A stretch of DNA of 60,675 bases from Candidatus Uhrbacteria bacterium CG10_big_fil_rev_8_21_14_0_10_48_16 (GCA_002793515.1 PFEU01000008.1:73952-134626); one strand, 5' to 3'; shown: positions 28,376 through 37,453, numbered from the stretch's first letter. Made by a program: numbers and translations. Notes: generated by a model not told the origin, from the sequence alone.

Positions 28376-28699
28376 TTACTTTTTTCCTAACACGGCATAT
28401 GTCACCCCTCCCACGGCATGAACCGCTTGTGCGTCACGTGAGTAGTCAACGAGTGGATGTGTTTTAAGAATTCGATGAACTGTTTCTCGAAGTGCTCCTG
28501 ACCCACGGCCATGAATAATTTTGATAACTTCCTCCCCTGCCATAAATGCGTCATCAATAAATTTCTCGACCATTTGCCTAGCATCAAATGCATCCATTCC
28601 ATGCAAATCTACGGATAGTGGATCCCCAAGCTCTGCTCCAAAAATAAGCGTCTCTGCTTCAGCAATTCTTTGCTCTTCTGGAGAAGTTGGTTTATCCAT
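28376..28699 (-). CDS. Smr/MutS2 C-terminal domain protein
   Basis: VDLHG, IIHGRGSGALR, GGVTYAVL; ATG 28699. Confidence 0.9.
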   Translation of the reverse strand: MDKPTSPEEQRIAEAETLIFGAELGDPLSVDLHGMDAFDARQMVEKFIDDAFMAGEEVIKIIHGRGSGALRETVHRILKTHPLVDYSRDAQAVHAVGGVTYAVLGKK

Positions 28700-28706
28700 A
28701 AATATC

Positions 28707-29672
28707 TTACACCTCATCATTCTCATCATGAATCTCACGACCAATGATTTCTTCAAGCACATCCTCAAGCGAAACAATACCGACAAAACTTCCTCCCTTT
28801 TCTGTCACAAGCGCCATGTGTGCACGACGAACAATCATGAGATTGAGTACTTCATCAAGTTTTCGAGTAGGAGTCACGCGCACCATCTTGTCTGTTCGCA
28901 TCAAATCTTCTATGCGTCTAGATCCTTCTAACCCAAGAAGATCCTTTGCAAAAAGAAGCCCTACAATATTATCTGTGTCCTCTGAGTAGACAGGGATTCG
29001 CGTGTATCCCTCTTCTCGAATCTTAAAGAGGAGACGGTCTCCGAGCGTATCCCCAATCGCTAAAGAGAACACCTCCTCATAAGGAGTCATCACTTCTTTC
29101 GCGGTCTTTTCTGAAAATCGTAACGCTCCTAAAATAATCCGTTCTTCATCTTCATCCACAACAGAACGTGGATCATCCTCATGCATGGCGATAATGTGTT
29201 CCAACTCTCGTTTAGACCAAATCGTCTTTAATTCTTCACCTAATGTTTTATCAAGAACCCACGCAATTGGTTTTGCTACAGGATACAAAACAATCATCGT
29301 AATCTCGACAATCCATGCCGTACGAGAACCAATAGACAACGCATAACGAGCACACGTGGCTTGAGGAATAATTTCACCAAACACCACAATCAATCCGGTT
29401 GCCACAATACCTGCAATAACCCCACTCGCAATATCTCCTAAAATAATTGAAATGGCTGAATTCACAGCGACATTTCCTAAAAGAAGTGAAACGAGAAGGA
29501 GATTCCCTCGTTTTCGAACACGCAGGACGCGTGAAGCTTGCTTGTTTCCAAGCTCAGTCTTCCGTTCAAGATCTGTCCGGTTAAGACTGTAGAGACCTAG
29601 GTTTAGACCAGAAAAAATGGCGGAAAAGGCGATCAACAAAATGATCGCCAATCCTATCAGTGGATCAATCAT
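28707..29672 (-). CDS. CNNM/CorB (DUF21 + CBS pair) membrane protein
   Basis: SAIFSGLNLG, LLGNVAVN, IVVFGEIIPQ, VMTP, GYTRIPVY, HMALV, GIVSLEDVLEEIIGREIHDE. Confidence 0.92.
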   Translation of the reverse strand: MIDPLIGLAIILLIAFSAIFSGLNLGLYSLNRTDLERKTELGNKQASRVLRVRKRGNLLLVSLLLGNVAVNSAISIILGDIASGVIAGIVATGLIVVFGEIIPQATCARYALSIGSRTAWIVEITMIVLYPVAKPIAWVLDKTLGEELKTIWSKRELEHIIAMHEDDPRSVVDEDEERIILGALRFSEKTAKEVMTPYEEVFSLAIGDTLGDRLLFKIREEGYTRIPVYSEDTDNIVGLLFAKDLLGLEGSRRIEDLMRTDKMVRVTPTRKLDEVLNLMIVRRAHMALVTEKGGSFVGIVSLEDVLEEIIGREIHDENDEV

Positions 29673-29716
29673 AGATATAGAAAACGAGGAGCATCATAGC
29701 AGAACCACCCTAAAAG

Positions 29717-30583
29717 TCAAACCACCTTGCGGTACACCGTTTCAATCGCCTGTTTTACTTCCCGTAACGTCACCTGCTTCTTCCCTTTTTCATTCTTGTG
29801 ACCCCAATTACGGTCCAAGCCAAACGTAAATCCTCCAAAGCGCTCAAATAACTGAATGGCATACGGAGATTCTTGAACATAAATGAGGCCTCGACCGTGT
29901 TCAACAATAATCATGGGGGTAGGTTTCCCAATTTCCTGGACGACAATCCGAGACAAACGAGGACGTAACTGAATATCAGCTCGTGTGCTAATAACGAAAA
30001 ATTCACGCCATTTCTTTTTTCGATCCCACGCCGATTTGGCAAGTTGTTCTTTACGAGCCTCTGTCTTTGGATTGTGCAAATGGGCAACGAGAGAATCGTG
30101 AAATGCCATCACGTCTTGAATTTCTTCCTTTGAATATCCCTCGTCTTGAAGCGCCCACACATATCCTCGATCTTGAATTCCAATCCCTCGAACAAGTTTT
30201 GGCTTATATCCCCATGTTGTTAGTTGCGCATCGGTCACCTTAAACATCTTAAGAAATTGCTCAAGCGAACTTGGAAGAAGTTTCCCATGCTCATCATGTG
30301 CCCGCGAAAGCCCCGTGTAGTGATGATGGTCAATCACATCGAGTTTCACCCCCATCTTTCTCAATTTCTTTTCTGCTTTGAGTCCAGGCATCTCAACCAC
30401 AATCACACGGGAATACCCCCCATCTTTCACATCCTTCACATAATCATGCCCTTTATCCAAAGAAGATCCATGAAACTGTTTGGACTCAATAATAGGAAGT
30501 CCGAGCTTCTGTGCAATCTGCTGAATCATCACAGCCTCTGCATCGTTTGGGGGAATGATTAAAACCGTTTTCTTATATGCCAT
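29717..30583 (-). CDS. DHH-superfamily phosphoesterase, NrN-like
   Basis: Motif string ND-A-E...VVE...IDHH...SSLEQ...QDRGY...GYSKEEI. Confidence 0.65.
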   Translation of the reverse strand: MAYKKTVLIIPPNDAEAVMIQQIAQKLGLPIIESKQFHGSSLDKGHDYVKDVKDGGYSRVIVVEMPGLKAEKKLRKMGVKLDVIDHHHYTGLSRAHDEHGKLLPSSLEQFLKMFKVTDAQLTTWGYKPKLVRGIGIQDRGYVWALQDEGYSKEEIQDVMAFHDSLVAHLHNPKTEARKEQLAKSAWDRKKKWREFFVISTRADIQLRPRLSRIVVQEIGKPTPMIIVEHGRGLIYVQESPYAIQLFERFGGFTFGLDRNWGHKNEKGKKQVTLREVKQAIETVYRKVV

Positions 30584-30723
30584 ACAACGGCATTATAGCA
30601 AGAATACACACGAATGGTCGTTCTCGGTTCCTGTCCACTCAAACTGGACAGGGGTTTTGTGGAGAAGAGACTTTAGAAATTTCATCAAACCGATACACTT
30701 AATGAAGAACCTACCAGGAGACA

Positions 30724-30858
30724 GTGCCCAGGAACTGCTATGAATGGATAAAACTGGATGGTGCCAAGGTACGACGAGTCAGAAAAAAGGAGACAACATC
30801 CTTTTCTTACGAGGAACTCTCCTCGAACCGGTCCCCGGAGGATCCCATGGGTGGCTAA
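30724..30858 (+). CDS. Small protein, 44 aa (MPRNCYEWIKLDGAKVRRVRKKETTSFSYEELSSNRSPEDPMGG)
   Basis: GTG start 3 nt after AGGAG; own terminator at 30886-30914; below the ORF-track cutoff. Confidence 0.5.
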   Translation: MPRNCYEWIKLDGAKVRRVRKKETTSFSYEELSSNRSPEDPMGG

Positions 30859-30885
30859 CCCAACGCCGACTCTTTCCGAGTCCCT

Positions 30886-30914
30886 ACCGATCTACGCAGA
30901 TCGGTTTTCTTTTT
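30886..30914 (+). terminator. Intrinsic terminator after the 44-aa ORF
   Basis: ACCGATCT-ACGC-AGATCGGT followed by TTTCTTTTT. Confidence 0.7.
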
Positions 30915-31043
30915 ACACAAAAACGGCTATCAAGGATTGCCGTTTTTGCCTCTCGTGCTCTTCCTGAATACACGAGCAAATCTTGAACTCAGGAAGAGTA
31001 CCCCAGTGCGTGAGCGTGTTCTGAAGTCTCTTCCCCTTTGCAC

Positions 31044-31280
31044 TTATTGGTGCGTGAGAGGGAAGATGTCTCTCTGAAGCCAAACGGCCTCATCGAGAAA
31101 CTGCTGAATCAGCGAGTCCCCGTTCTTGCGAACGCGGGCCCATTCGATCAGCTGTGCGAGCGTACCGGCACGCACCTTCTTCTCATCGTCCTGCAAGGTG
31201 ACCTGCGGGTCAGCGAGAGTGAGGTACGAATCACTTCCCTCTGGGAAGCACCGGACGACGAGGTAACTCGGATGCGCCAT
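31044..31280 (-). CDS. Small hypothetical protein, 78 aa
   Basis: AAGGAG five nt before ATG; GC-rich third positions. Confidence 0.6.
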   Translation of the reverse strand: MAHPSYLVVRCFPEGSDSYLTLADPQVTLQDDEKKVRAGTLAQLIEWARVRKNGDSLIQQFLDEAVWLQRDIFPLTHQ

Positions 31281-31559
31281 GGATTCTCCTTGAGGTTGAA
31301 TTCCACTCTCTTGCGACCGACCGCGACAAGCTCATCGATCGAAAGGGAGTGGAGCAGGACCTCGGCGACGTTGATTCGCGTTGGTCCCGCAGGAGAAAGG
31401 GAATGGATGCCTGTTACCTCATCCTTCACACAACGAACCCCACAGCAGTGGTCTTCGTTGGATGCTCTTACTAAACTTCCATCACTCGAGGCGATGAAAT
31501 AGTTAGTGTACCGACGTCCCCACGCCGGAGTTTTGAGCAACAGCGTCTTGCAACGATGT

Positions 31560-32338
31560 CATTCACCACCTATCAGTGATGCTCACTACAGGAACACGAT
31601 CAGATCGTGTTAGGCGCGACCAGAAGAGGTCGCCTCACAGGATGGCAGACCATGGGGGTCTGCTTGGACAGTCACCTCCTGAATGAAATCTGCTGACCGA
31701 CCAAAGGGTGTCCAGCCCTAAAGTCGGAAGGAAGGCCATTCACGATCCGTAGATCGATCTGGCGACAGACTTGTCTTGCGTAAGAACACGGTCTGTCAGC
31801 GTTCCGAGACTCTTTAACGAGCCCACCTTCGGATGAGGTCCCCTTGCATAGGGGCTGTCGATAACTCCACGTCCGCCGACGCAGAACGACACAACACTCA
31901 AGTCTGGGTCTGCCTCCCATATTTGTGACTCAACGAACGAGCCACCTCTGTACTGGGTGAACGGGGGGTGTCTTGTCCCGCTCTTCCAACCATCACTATG
32001 CGTCGTTGCCAGCAACACATAGTTTGGCCCCAGGGATTTGACCCCTCTGAAGACACGGCTGGGGTTCCGTATCTCAGATGGAATCAAATCTCTGGGGCAA
32101 TAGGCCCCCAGACTCATTTCTCTCTTACTTGTCGGAAGCGAAGCGTCCGACCTGGTTACAGATAATTCGCTTCAAGTCCTTTGACTTGGGAATTACTGCC
32201 AGAGTGCCGTGAAAAGACGGATAACGCGATATATTGCGATTTTTTCTACGATATTCAGGGGCGTCTTTTAAACAAACAGTCCAGAATGAGAGTTATTTGA
32301 ATGTGATGTACTTGTTTGTTGTCTCTGACATGAGTCAA
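31560..32338 (-). ncRNA. Candidate large structured RNA or very long structured leader; boundaries approximate
   Basis: Downstream of a consensus promoter; at least 10 hairpins in 31593-32151; G-U pairs and a cUACGg loop fit the minus strand. Confidence 0.5.
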
Positions 32339-32344
32339 CCCAAT

Positions 32345-32373
32345 AAGCTATCATGGATAGAAAATACTGTCAA
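32345..32373 (-). promoter_or_regulatory. Sigma70 promoter, leftward
   Basis: Minus strand TTGACA-N17-TAGCTT with TG extension. Confidence 0.65.
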
Positions 32374-32491
32374 GGGTTTCTGGATCGATATTTAGTATTT
32401 AGCTAAATATAGCTAAAAATAATGTTCAAAGTGAGCGAACATATAAAAGCCTAGAGAAATACTGTTGGCTCATATATCTGTCTATTAATCC

Positions 32492-32520
32492 TTGACATTG
32501 AGACGAAAAGCTGTTATAGT
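32492..32520 (+). promoter_or_regulatory. Sigma70 promoter, rightward
   Basis: TTGACA-N17-TATAGT with TG extension. Confidence 0.75.
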
Positions 32521-32526
32521 CTGTTG

Positions 32527-33035
32527 TTCTGTAAATCTGACGACGTGGGTGCACAAGTGCCCAACCGTCCGCCAGACAGACAGGGAGCGGACCATGAACG
32601 GATGATGTAAAAGTCGAAAGACAAGATCGAAACGACCTGAAATACGGTCGACATCGCCAGTTCATGGCCACAAGTTTTTAGTCACCCCCAACCCAAACCA
32701 GGAGAAATCAATTCCATAACCCAACAGAAGTCCTCTTCAAACGCCAATCCACCCTGGATTCGGCCCAGATCAGGACTCTTCACGTTCGACGCCCGAACAA
32801 CGAAAGGAGTTCAAGCGTCAACATGGTCTCCCTGAGACCATCGTACGAGACAAGGATGCGTACGGACGTGTAAATCTGTTGGGAGGTGGTACATGGGTGG
32901 CTAGCCCGCGCGCGTTGATCCCGGGTTCCGGATGAGCATCTCGCTTGTCCGGACCCGGGGGAGCCGCCTACCCTTCTCTACAGAACACACGACCTTACGC
33001 GAGCCGACTCCACGAAATGGGTCGGTCTTGTCTTT
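32527..33035 (+). ncRNA. Candidate ~500-nt structured non-coding RNA; boundaries approximate
   Basis: Promoter at the 5' end, terminator-like hairpin 33004-33035, multibranch helices, GAAA tetraloop, no ORF of 60 aa or more. Confidence 0.55.
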
Positions 33036-33169
33036 ATAAAAGAGAAAAACACATCGTCAGGAACCGCTAAACGAGATGAGATGCGCCGTCCTGGAAAGAA
33101 AAAATTGCCTCATCGTACCAATACGTACGTTGAGGCAATTTTTTCTTGAAGGACAAGCAGATCACTCGT

Positions 33170-33925
33170 TTAGCGGTTCCTGTAGGGATCGACACGACAG
33201 ACGGCCCATGAGGCATTAAACAAAACACGTGCCATCTCCGCGAATGTTTTACTTTCAATAATCACGGTCACCATCTTTCCAACGAACTCCACAAACGCCA
33301 CGCGATTCTCATAAATCCAGATCTCTCCACTAAACTCTCCAAACTCTGGAAGGAGCCGACAGTACTCTGCATTCTTTCGCGGGTTTCGAAGTTCTCCTCG
33401 ATGAAGCATTTTGATCTTTACCCGAGAATCATCTAGCGCTTTACGCGCATCGAGTAACATATTCTCATCCATCCCCTCATACACCACATCAATGTTTGCG
33501 AGTTCTAATAACTCTTTCGGATGCACGGAAACCAGATCGGTAAACAACGCATAAATCGCTTCACGCCCCTCAAAAAATCGCACCGTAGGACGTTCCCCTC
33601 CTGACATCATCTTCATCTCAACGAGAGACCGAGAAAACGTATCAATCCGTTCCTCAAGATCATGCACGCGACTTTTAAAATACGCGACTGCTCGCTCAGG
33701 ATCTTCCGCACTAAAAAATTTCTTCTTCCCTCGCTCAAACGTGGACATAAGTCCTCGGTCCTGAAGACCCGCAATCACATCGTACGTTGCCGTTCGAGAG
33801 AGTTTGGCGTGCTTGGCAATTTCTTGCACGGACGTCGGACCAAGTTTTAAGGAGGCGAGATACACACGAGTCTCTGTGGGAGAAAGTCCAAGCTCGGTAA
33901 GGAGCTTCATGAAATCCATGGCCAT
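33170..33925 (-). CDS. TrmB-family transcriptional regulator
   Basis: LGLSPTETRVYLASLKLG...IAKHAKLSRTATYDVIAGLQDRGL HTH; C-terminal EIWIYENRVAF...IIESK sensor-like domain. Confidence 0.88.
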   Translation of the reverse strand: MAMDFMKLLTELGLSPTETRVYLASLKLGPTSVQEIAKHAKLSRTATYDVIAGLQDRGLMSTFERGKKKFFSAEDPERAVAYFKSRVHDLEERIDTFSRSLVEMKMMSGGERPTVRFFEGREAIYALFTDLVSVHPKELLELANIDVVYEGMDENMLLDARKALDDSRVKIKMLHRGELRNPRKNAEYCRLLPEFGEFSGEIWIYENRVAFVEFVGKMVTVIIESKTFAEMARVLFNASWAVCRVDPYRNR

Positions 33926-34068
33926 ACAAAATACATTTCTACGTTGAGCACTTTTAAATACTGTTTGTAAAGTAAGTGTTAACAGTATAGCAAGGAAAAC
34001 TCACAGAACAAAAGAGCCATGAAGATCAGAGCGATCAACATGACTCATTTTGCGTGTAAACACGTTAT

Positions 34069-36924
34069 CTAGAACCCAATGGTAATCTCTAATTCATTTG
34101 CTTTAAACACGTTCTGTGTCGCAGGAACATCTCCGTCTGTACGGAGGGAAACAGCAAGTGTCCCTTGAAGAAGGACTGTCTCGTGCTCACGTACGGCCTG
34201 CAAAATATCCTCTGACCCACCGACATACAGATCAATGCGATCCTCGAGAGTCAACCCTTCTTTCTTTCGCAAGTCGTTCACACGACGAATAATCTCACGT
34301 ACGGTTCCTTCACGAACAAGTTCTGGGGTAAGCACGAGATCTAATTCTACGGCGTAATCCCCCTTCTTCACTTCTATCGATTTCACATTAACTTCATCCA
34401 TCACCAATGCCTGATACGCAGAAGCAAATTCTCCAGACGGAACCGTAACGGTCATTCCTCCGAGAGCCTGTCGCACATTGATTCCAGCGTCTGATCGGCG
34501 TTCAAGCGCTTTTGAAACAACCGATCGAGTACGTCCCATTTCTTCAAGGACGTTCGCATCAATAAGCCCCTCATCTGCGATCGGCCACTCCTCAAGATGG
34601 ACCGACTCCAATGTCCCACCAACCTGCTTGTAAAGCGTCTCGGCAAAAAACGGAGCAAATGGTGCCAAAAGTTTTGAGAGGGTAATGAGCGTGCTCTGCA
34701 ATGTCGCAAGCGCAGCTAATCGATCTCCTTCGTCCTCCCCCTTCATACGATCACGAGAGCGTCGGACATACCATGTCGAGAGATCATCAATAAATGCACT
34801 GAGTTCTCGAACCGTCTCTGTAACGACATACTTCTCCAAGCGTTCTGTCGTATCTTTCACAAGACGATGTAAACGCGCGGAGATCCATCGATCAAGAACG
34901 TGCGTTGGGCTCACGGTTTCTGGAACTCCTTCATCAGCAAACATCTCATAGAACGTCGCCACGTTCATCAAAATCGTAAAGTTCTTTCGAACCATGTCGT
35001 TCAAGGTTTTCTCATCAAAACGCTTAGCCTCTCCGGGTTGGTTAATCGTGTACATGTACCAACGCACCGCATCAGCCCCATAGGTGTCGATCATCTCCAT
35101 AGGCTTCACGATGTTCCCCAACGATTTACTCATTTTCTTTCCCTCTGCGTCCAGAACATGCCCCAAACAAATAACGTTCTTGTACGGTCGCTCTCGATCA
35201 AGAAGGGTTGAGACCGCTAATAGGGTATAGAACCATCCACGTGTCTGATCAATAGCCTCAGAAATGTAATCCGCTGGATACGCTTCTCCTGAATCAACAA
35301 GTTCCTTGTTCTCAAACGGATAGTGCCACTGCGCATACGGCATACACCCTGAATCAAACCAAACATCACATACGTCCAGGACGCGGGTGAATTCTTTTCC
35401 CTCTTTCACCAAAATAATCTCATCCACAAACGGACGATGCGGATCAAATGTATCCCCCACAAGCGAAGGATCCTTCGCCAGACTCTTCAACTCTTCAAAT
35501 GAACCGATACAGATGCGATCTCCATCTTCGCTCTCCCAAAGTGGAAGCGGAGTTCCCCAATACCGTTCACGAGAGAACGCCCAATCTTTTACTTCACGGA
35601 GCCATTCTCCAAACCGACCGTCACGAATATGCTCAGGCTCCCAGTGGATATTCGCGTTTTGTGCCAGAAGTTCATCACGCAATTCACTCATGCGGATGTA
35701 CCAGGAATCTTTTGCGTAATAGATCACCTTCGTCTTGCAACGCCAACAATGTGGGTAGGAGTGTTCGTATTTTGCCTTTGTAAACAAGCGTCCACGATGG
35801 GCAAGATCCTTGATCACATCCACTGCCACCTGTTCATCGGCCACAAATCGTCCCTCAAAAAAACCTGTTCCTTTTACAAACGTTCCATCGAGATTTACCA
35901 GATGATGCTTTGGCAAACCTACTTCATTTCCGAGCTGGAAGTCATCGGCCCCGTACATTACAGCCGTATGAACAATTCCCGTTCCGTCTTGCGTGGTCAC
36001 AAAGTCCGCCGGATGCACACGAAACGCCGTATTCTCAAGCTTCTCCTTTTGCTCTCCCTCGACGAGCTCCCCCATAAACGGGTAGAGCGGTTCGTACATC
36101 TTTCCAACAAGCGATGCCCCCTTCAATTCCTCCACAATCTCACCGCCTTCGGGCAACACGCTTCCAATCAAATCTTTTGCGAGCCATAAAAACTCCTCCC
36201 CCACCTTCACTTTGGCATAGGTAATCGCATTCCCAACAGCAAGCGCAACGTTTCCCGGAAGCGTCCATGGGGTCGTGGTCCATGCAAGCAAATACTCATT
36301 CTCTGCTCCAACGATTTTGAACTTTGCGGTCACGCTCAAATCTTTTACATCCTTATATCCTTGAGACAATTCGTGACTTGAAAGGGATGTTCCGCAACGT
36401 GGACAATGCGGAGTCACGCGATAATCTTTATACAGCAATCCTCGCTCCCAAATCTGCTTCACCACCCACCAGAGCGATTCAACGTACTCCGGCTTATACG
36501 TAATATATGCCTCATCAAAATCAACCCAGAATCCAAGACGTTCGGTGAACTCTTCCCAATCCTTCTTATACGCCCAAACCGATTCTTTACACATGGCATT
36601 AAACTTGGCGATGCCATACTCCTCAATCTGAGCCTTCCCGGTAAACCCAAGTTGCTTTTCTACCTCAAGCTCAACAGGAAGCCCATGGGTATCCCACCCA
36701 GCCTTTCGCACCACTTTATATCCCTGCATGGTTTTGAATCGAGGAATACAATCTTTGAATGCTCGACTTTCTGCATGATGAATTCCTGGTTTCCCATTTG
36801 CCGTTGGTGGACCTTCATAAAAGACAAAAGAGCCCTTTGGGGCCGGCTTCTCGATTGTTTTCTTAAAAATATTGTTCTCTTTCCAAAATGCGAGAACCTC
36901 GTTTTCTTTTTCAGGGAAATTCAT
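34069..36924 (-). CDS. ileS: Isoleucine--tRNA ligase (type 2)
   Basis: EGPPTANGKPGIHH, GWDTHGLPVE, AWTTTPWTLPGN, DWAFSRERYWGTPLP, DQTRGWFY, KMSKS. Confidence 0.97.
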   Translation of the reverse strand: MNFPEKENEVLAFWKENNIFKKTIEKPAPKGSFVFYEGPPTANGKPGIHHAESRAFKDCIPRFKTMQGYKVVRKAGWDTHGLPVELEVEKQLGFTGKAQIEEYGIAKFNAMCKESVWAYKKDWEEFTERLGFWVDFDEAYITYKPEYVESLWWVVKQIWERGLLYKDYRVTPHCPRCGTSLSSHELSQGYKDVKDLSVTAKFKIVGAENEYLLAWTTTPWTLPGNVALAVGNAITYAKVKVGEEFLWLAKDLIGSVLPEGGEIVEELKGASLVGKMYEPLYPFMGELVEGEQKEKLENTAFRVHPADFVTTQDGTGIVHTAVMYGADDFQLGNEVGLPKHHLVNLDGTFVKGTGFFEGRFVADEQVAVDVIKDLAHRGRLFTKAKYEHSYPHCWRCKTKVIYYAKDSWYIRMSELRDELLAQNANIHWEPEHIRDGRFGEWLREVKDWAFSRERYWGTPLPLWESEDGDRICIGSFEELKSLAKDPSLVGDTFDPHRPFVDEIILVKEGKEFTRVLDVCDVWFDSGCMPYAQWHYPFENKELVDSGEAYPADYISEAIDQTRGWFYTLLAVSTLLDRERPYKNVICLGHVLDAEGKKMSKSLGNIVKPMEMIDTYGADAVRWYMYTINQPGEAKRFDEKTLNDMVRKNFTILMNVATFYEMFADEGVPETVSPTHVLDRWISARLHRLVKDTTERLEKYVVTETVRELSAFIDDLSTWYVRRSRDRMKGEDEGDRLAALATLQSTLITLSKLLAPFAPFFAETLYKQVGGTLESVHLEEWPIADEGLIDANVLEEMGRTRSVVSKALERRSDAGINVRQALGGMTVTVPSGEFASAYQALVMDEVNVKSIEVKKGDYAVELDLVLTPELVREGTVREIIRRVNDLRKKEGLTLEDRIDLYVGGSEDILQAVREHETVLLQGTLAVSLRTDGDVPATQNVFKANELEITIGF

Positions 36925-36985
36925 ACCATAGGAGTATGCCAAGCCTTGAGAGAAAAATCAAAGATTATGGTAATATTCGTTCACT

Positions 36986-37453
36986 ATGAAGAAATCAACG
37001 ATCTATATAGGGGCTGACCATGCAGGATGGAAACTCAAAGAGATTTTGGAGGAGTATCTTAAAAAGAAAGAATTCAACGTCATAGACATGGGGAACCAAA
37101 ATCTGGTCGATGGCGATGATTATCCGGACTTTGGGTATGCCGTTGCAAAACGAGTCGTGACAGACGAAGGATCACACGGCATTGTCATTTGCGGAAACGC
37201 GCAAGGAATTTGCATCGTCGCAAATAAAGTTCGAGGCGCACGAGCCGCCACCGGATTCAACACAGACGTCGCAAAAAGCGCGCGCGAAGACGATAATTCA
37301 AACGTTTTGTGTCTACCTGGTCGTCACATCAACACCAAAGAAGCAAAAGCAATCGTCGATATGTGGCTCACAACAGAATTTAGCGGAGAAGATCGCCATG
37401 TCCGACGACTCAAAAGAGTTCAAGACATCGAAAATCAAGAATTTGGATTATGA
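36986..37453 (+). CDS. rpiB: Ribose-5-phosphate isomerase B
   Basis: IGADHAG, DYPD, ICGNAQGICIVANK, AREDDNSNVL, RHVRR. Confidence 0.93.
   Translation: MKKSTIYIGADHAGWKLKEILEEYLKKKEFNVIDMGNQNLVDGDDYPDFGYAVAKRVVTDEGSHGIVICGNAQGICIVANKVRGARAATGFNTDVAKSAREDDNSNVLCLPGRHINTKEAKAIVDMWLTTEFSGEDRHVRRLKRVQDIENQEFGL

Noticed and set aside
31740-32117. 125-aa ORF as a real gene
   Set aside because: No clear SD or motifs, and it coincides with dense RNA helices; not fully excluded
32537-32570. Hammerhead ribozyme (CUGACGA followed by a stem)
   Set aside because: No GAAA immediately after the putative stem II
33001-33030. Group II intron domain V (GAGCCG...GAAA...CGG)
   Set aside because: No 2-nt catalytic bulge, no domain VI or GUGYG start; better explained as a terminator
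33076-33095. Near-repeat ATGAGATGCGCCG shared with 60234-60246
   Set aside because: 13-bp matches are expected by chance in 60 kb; contexts are unrelated
33959-33987. LexA/SOS box (TACTGT...ACAGTA)
   Set aside because: Half-site spacing is far longer than the CTGT-N8-ACAG consensus
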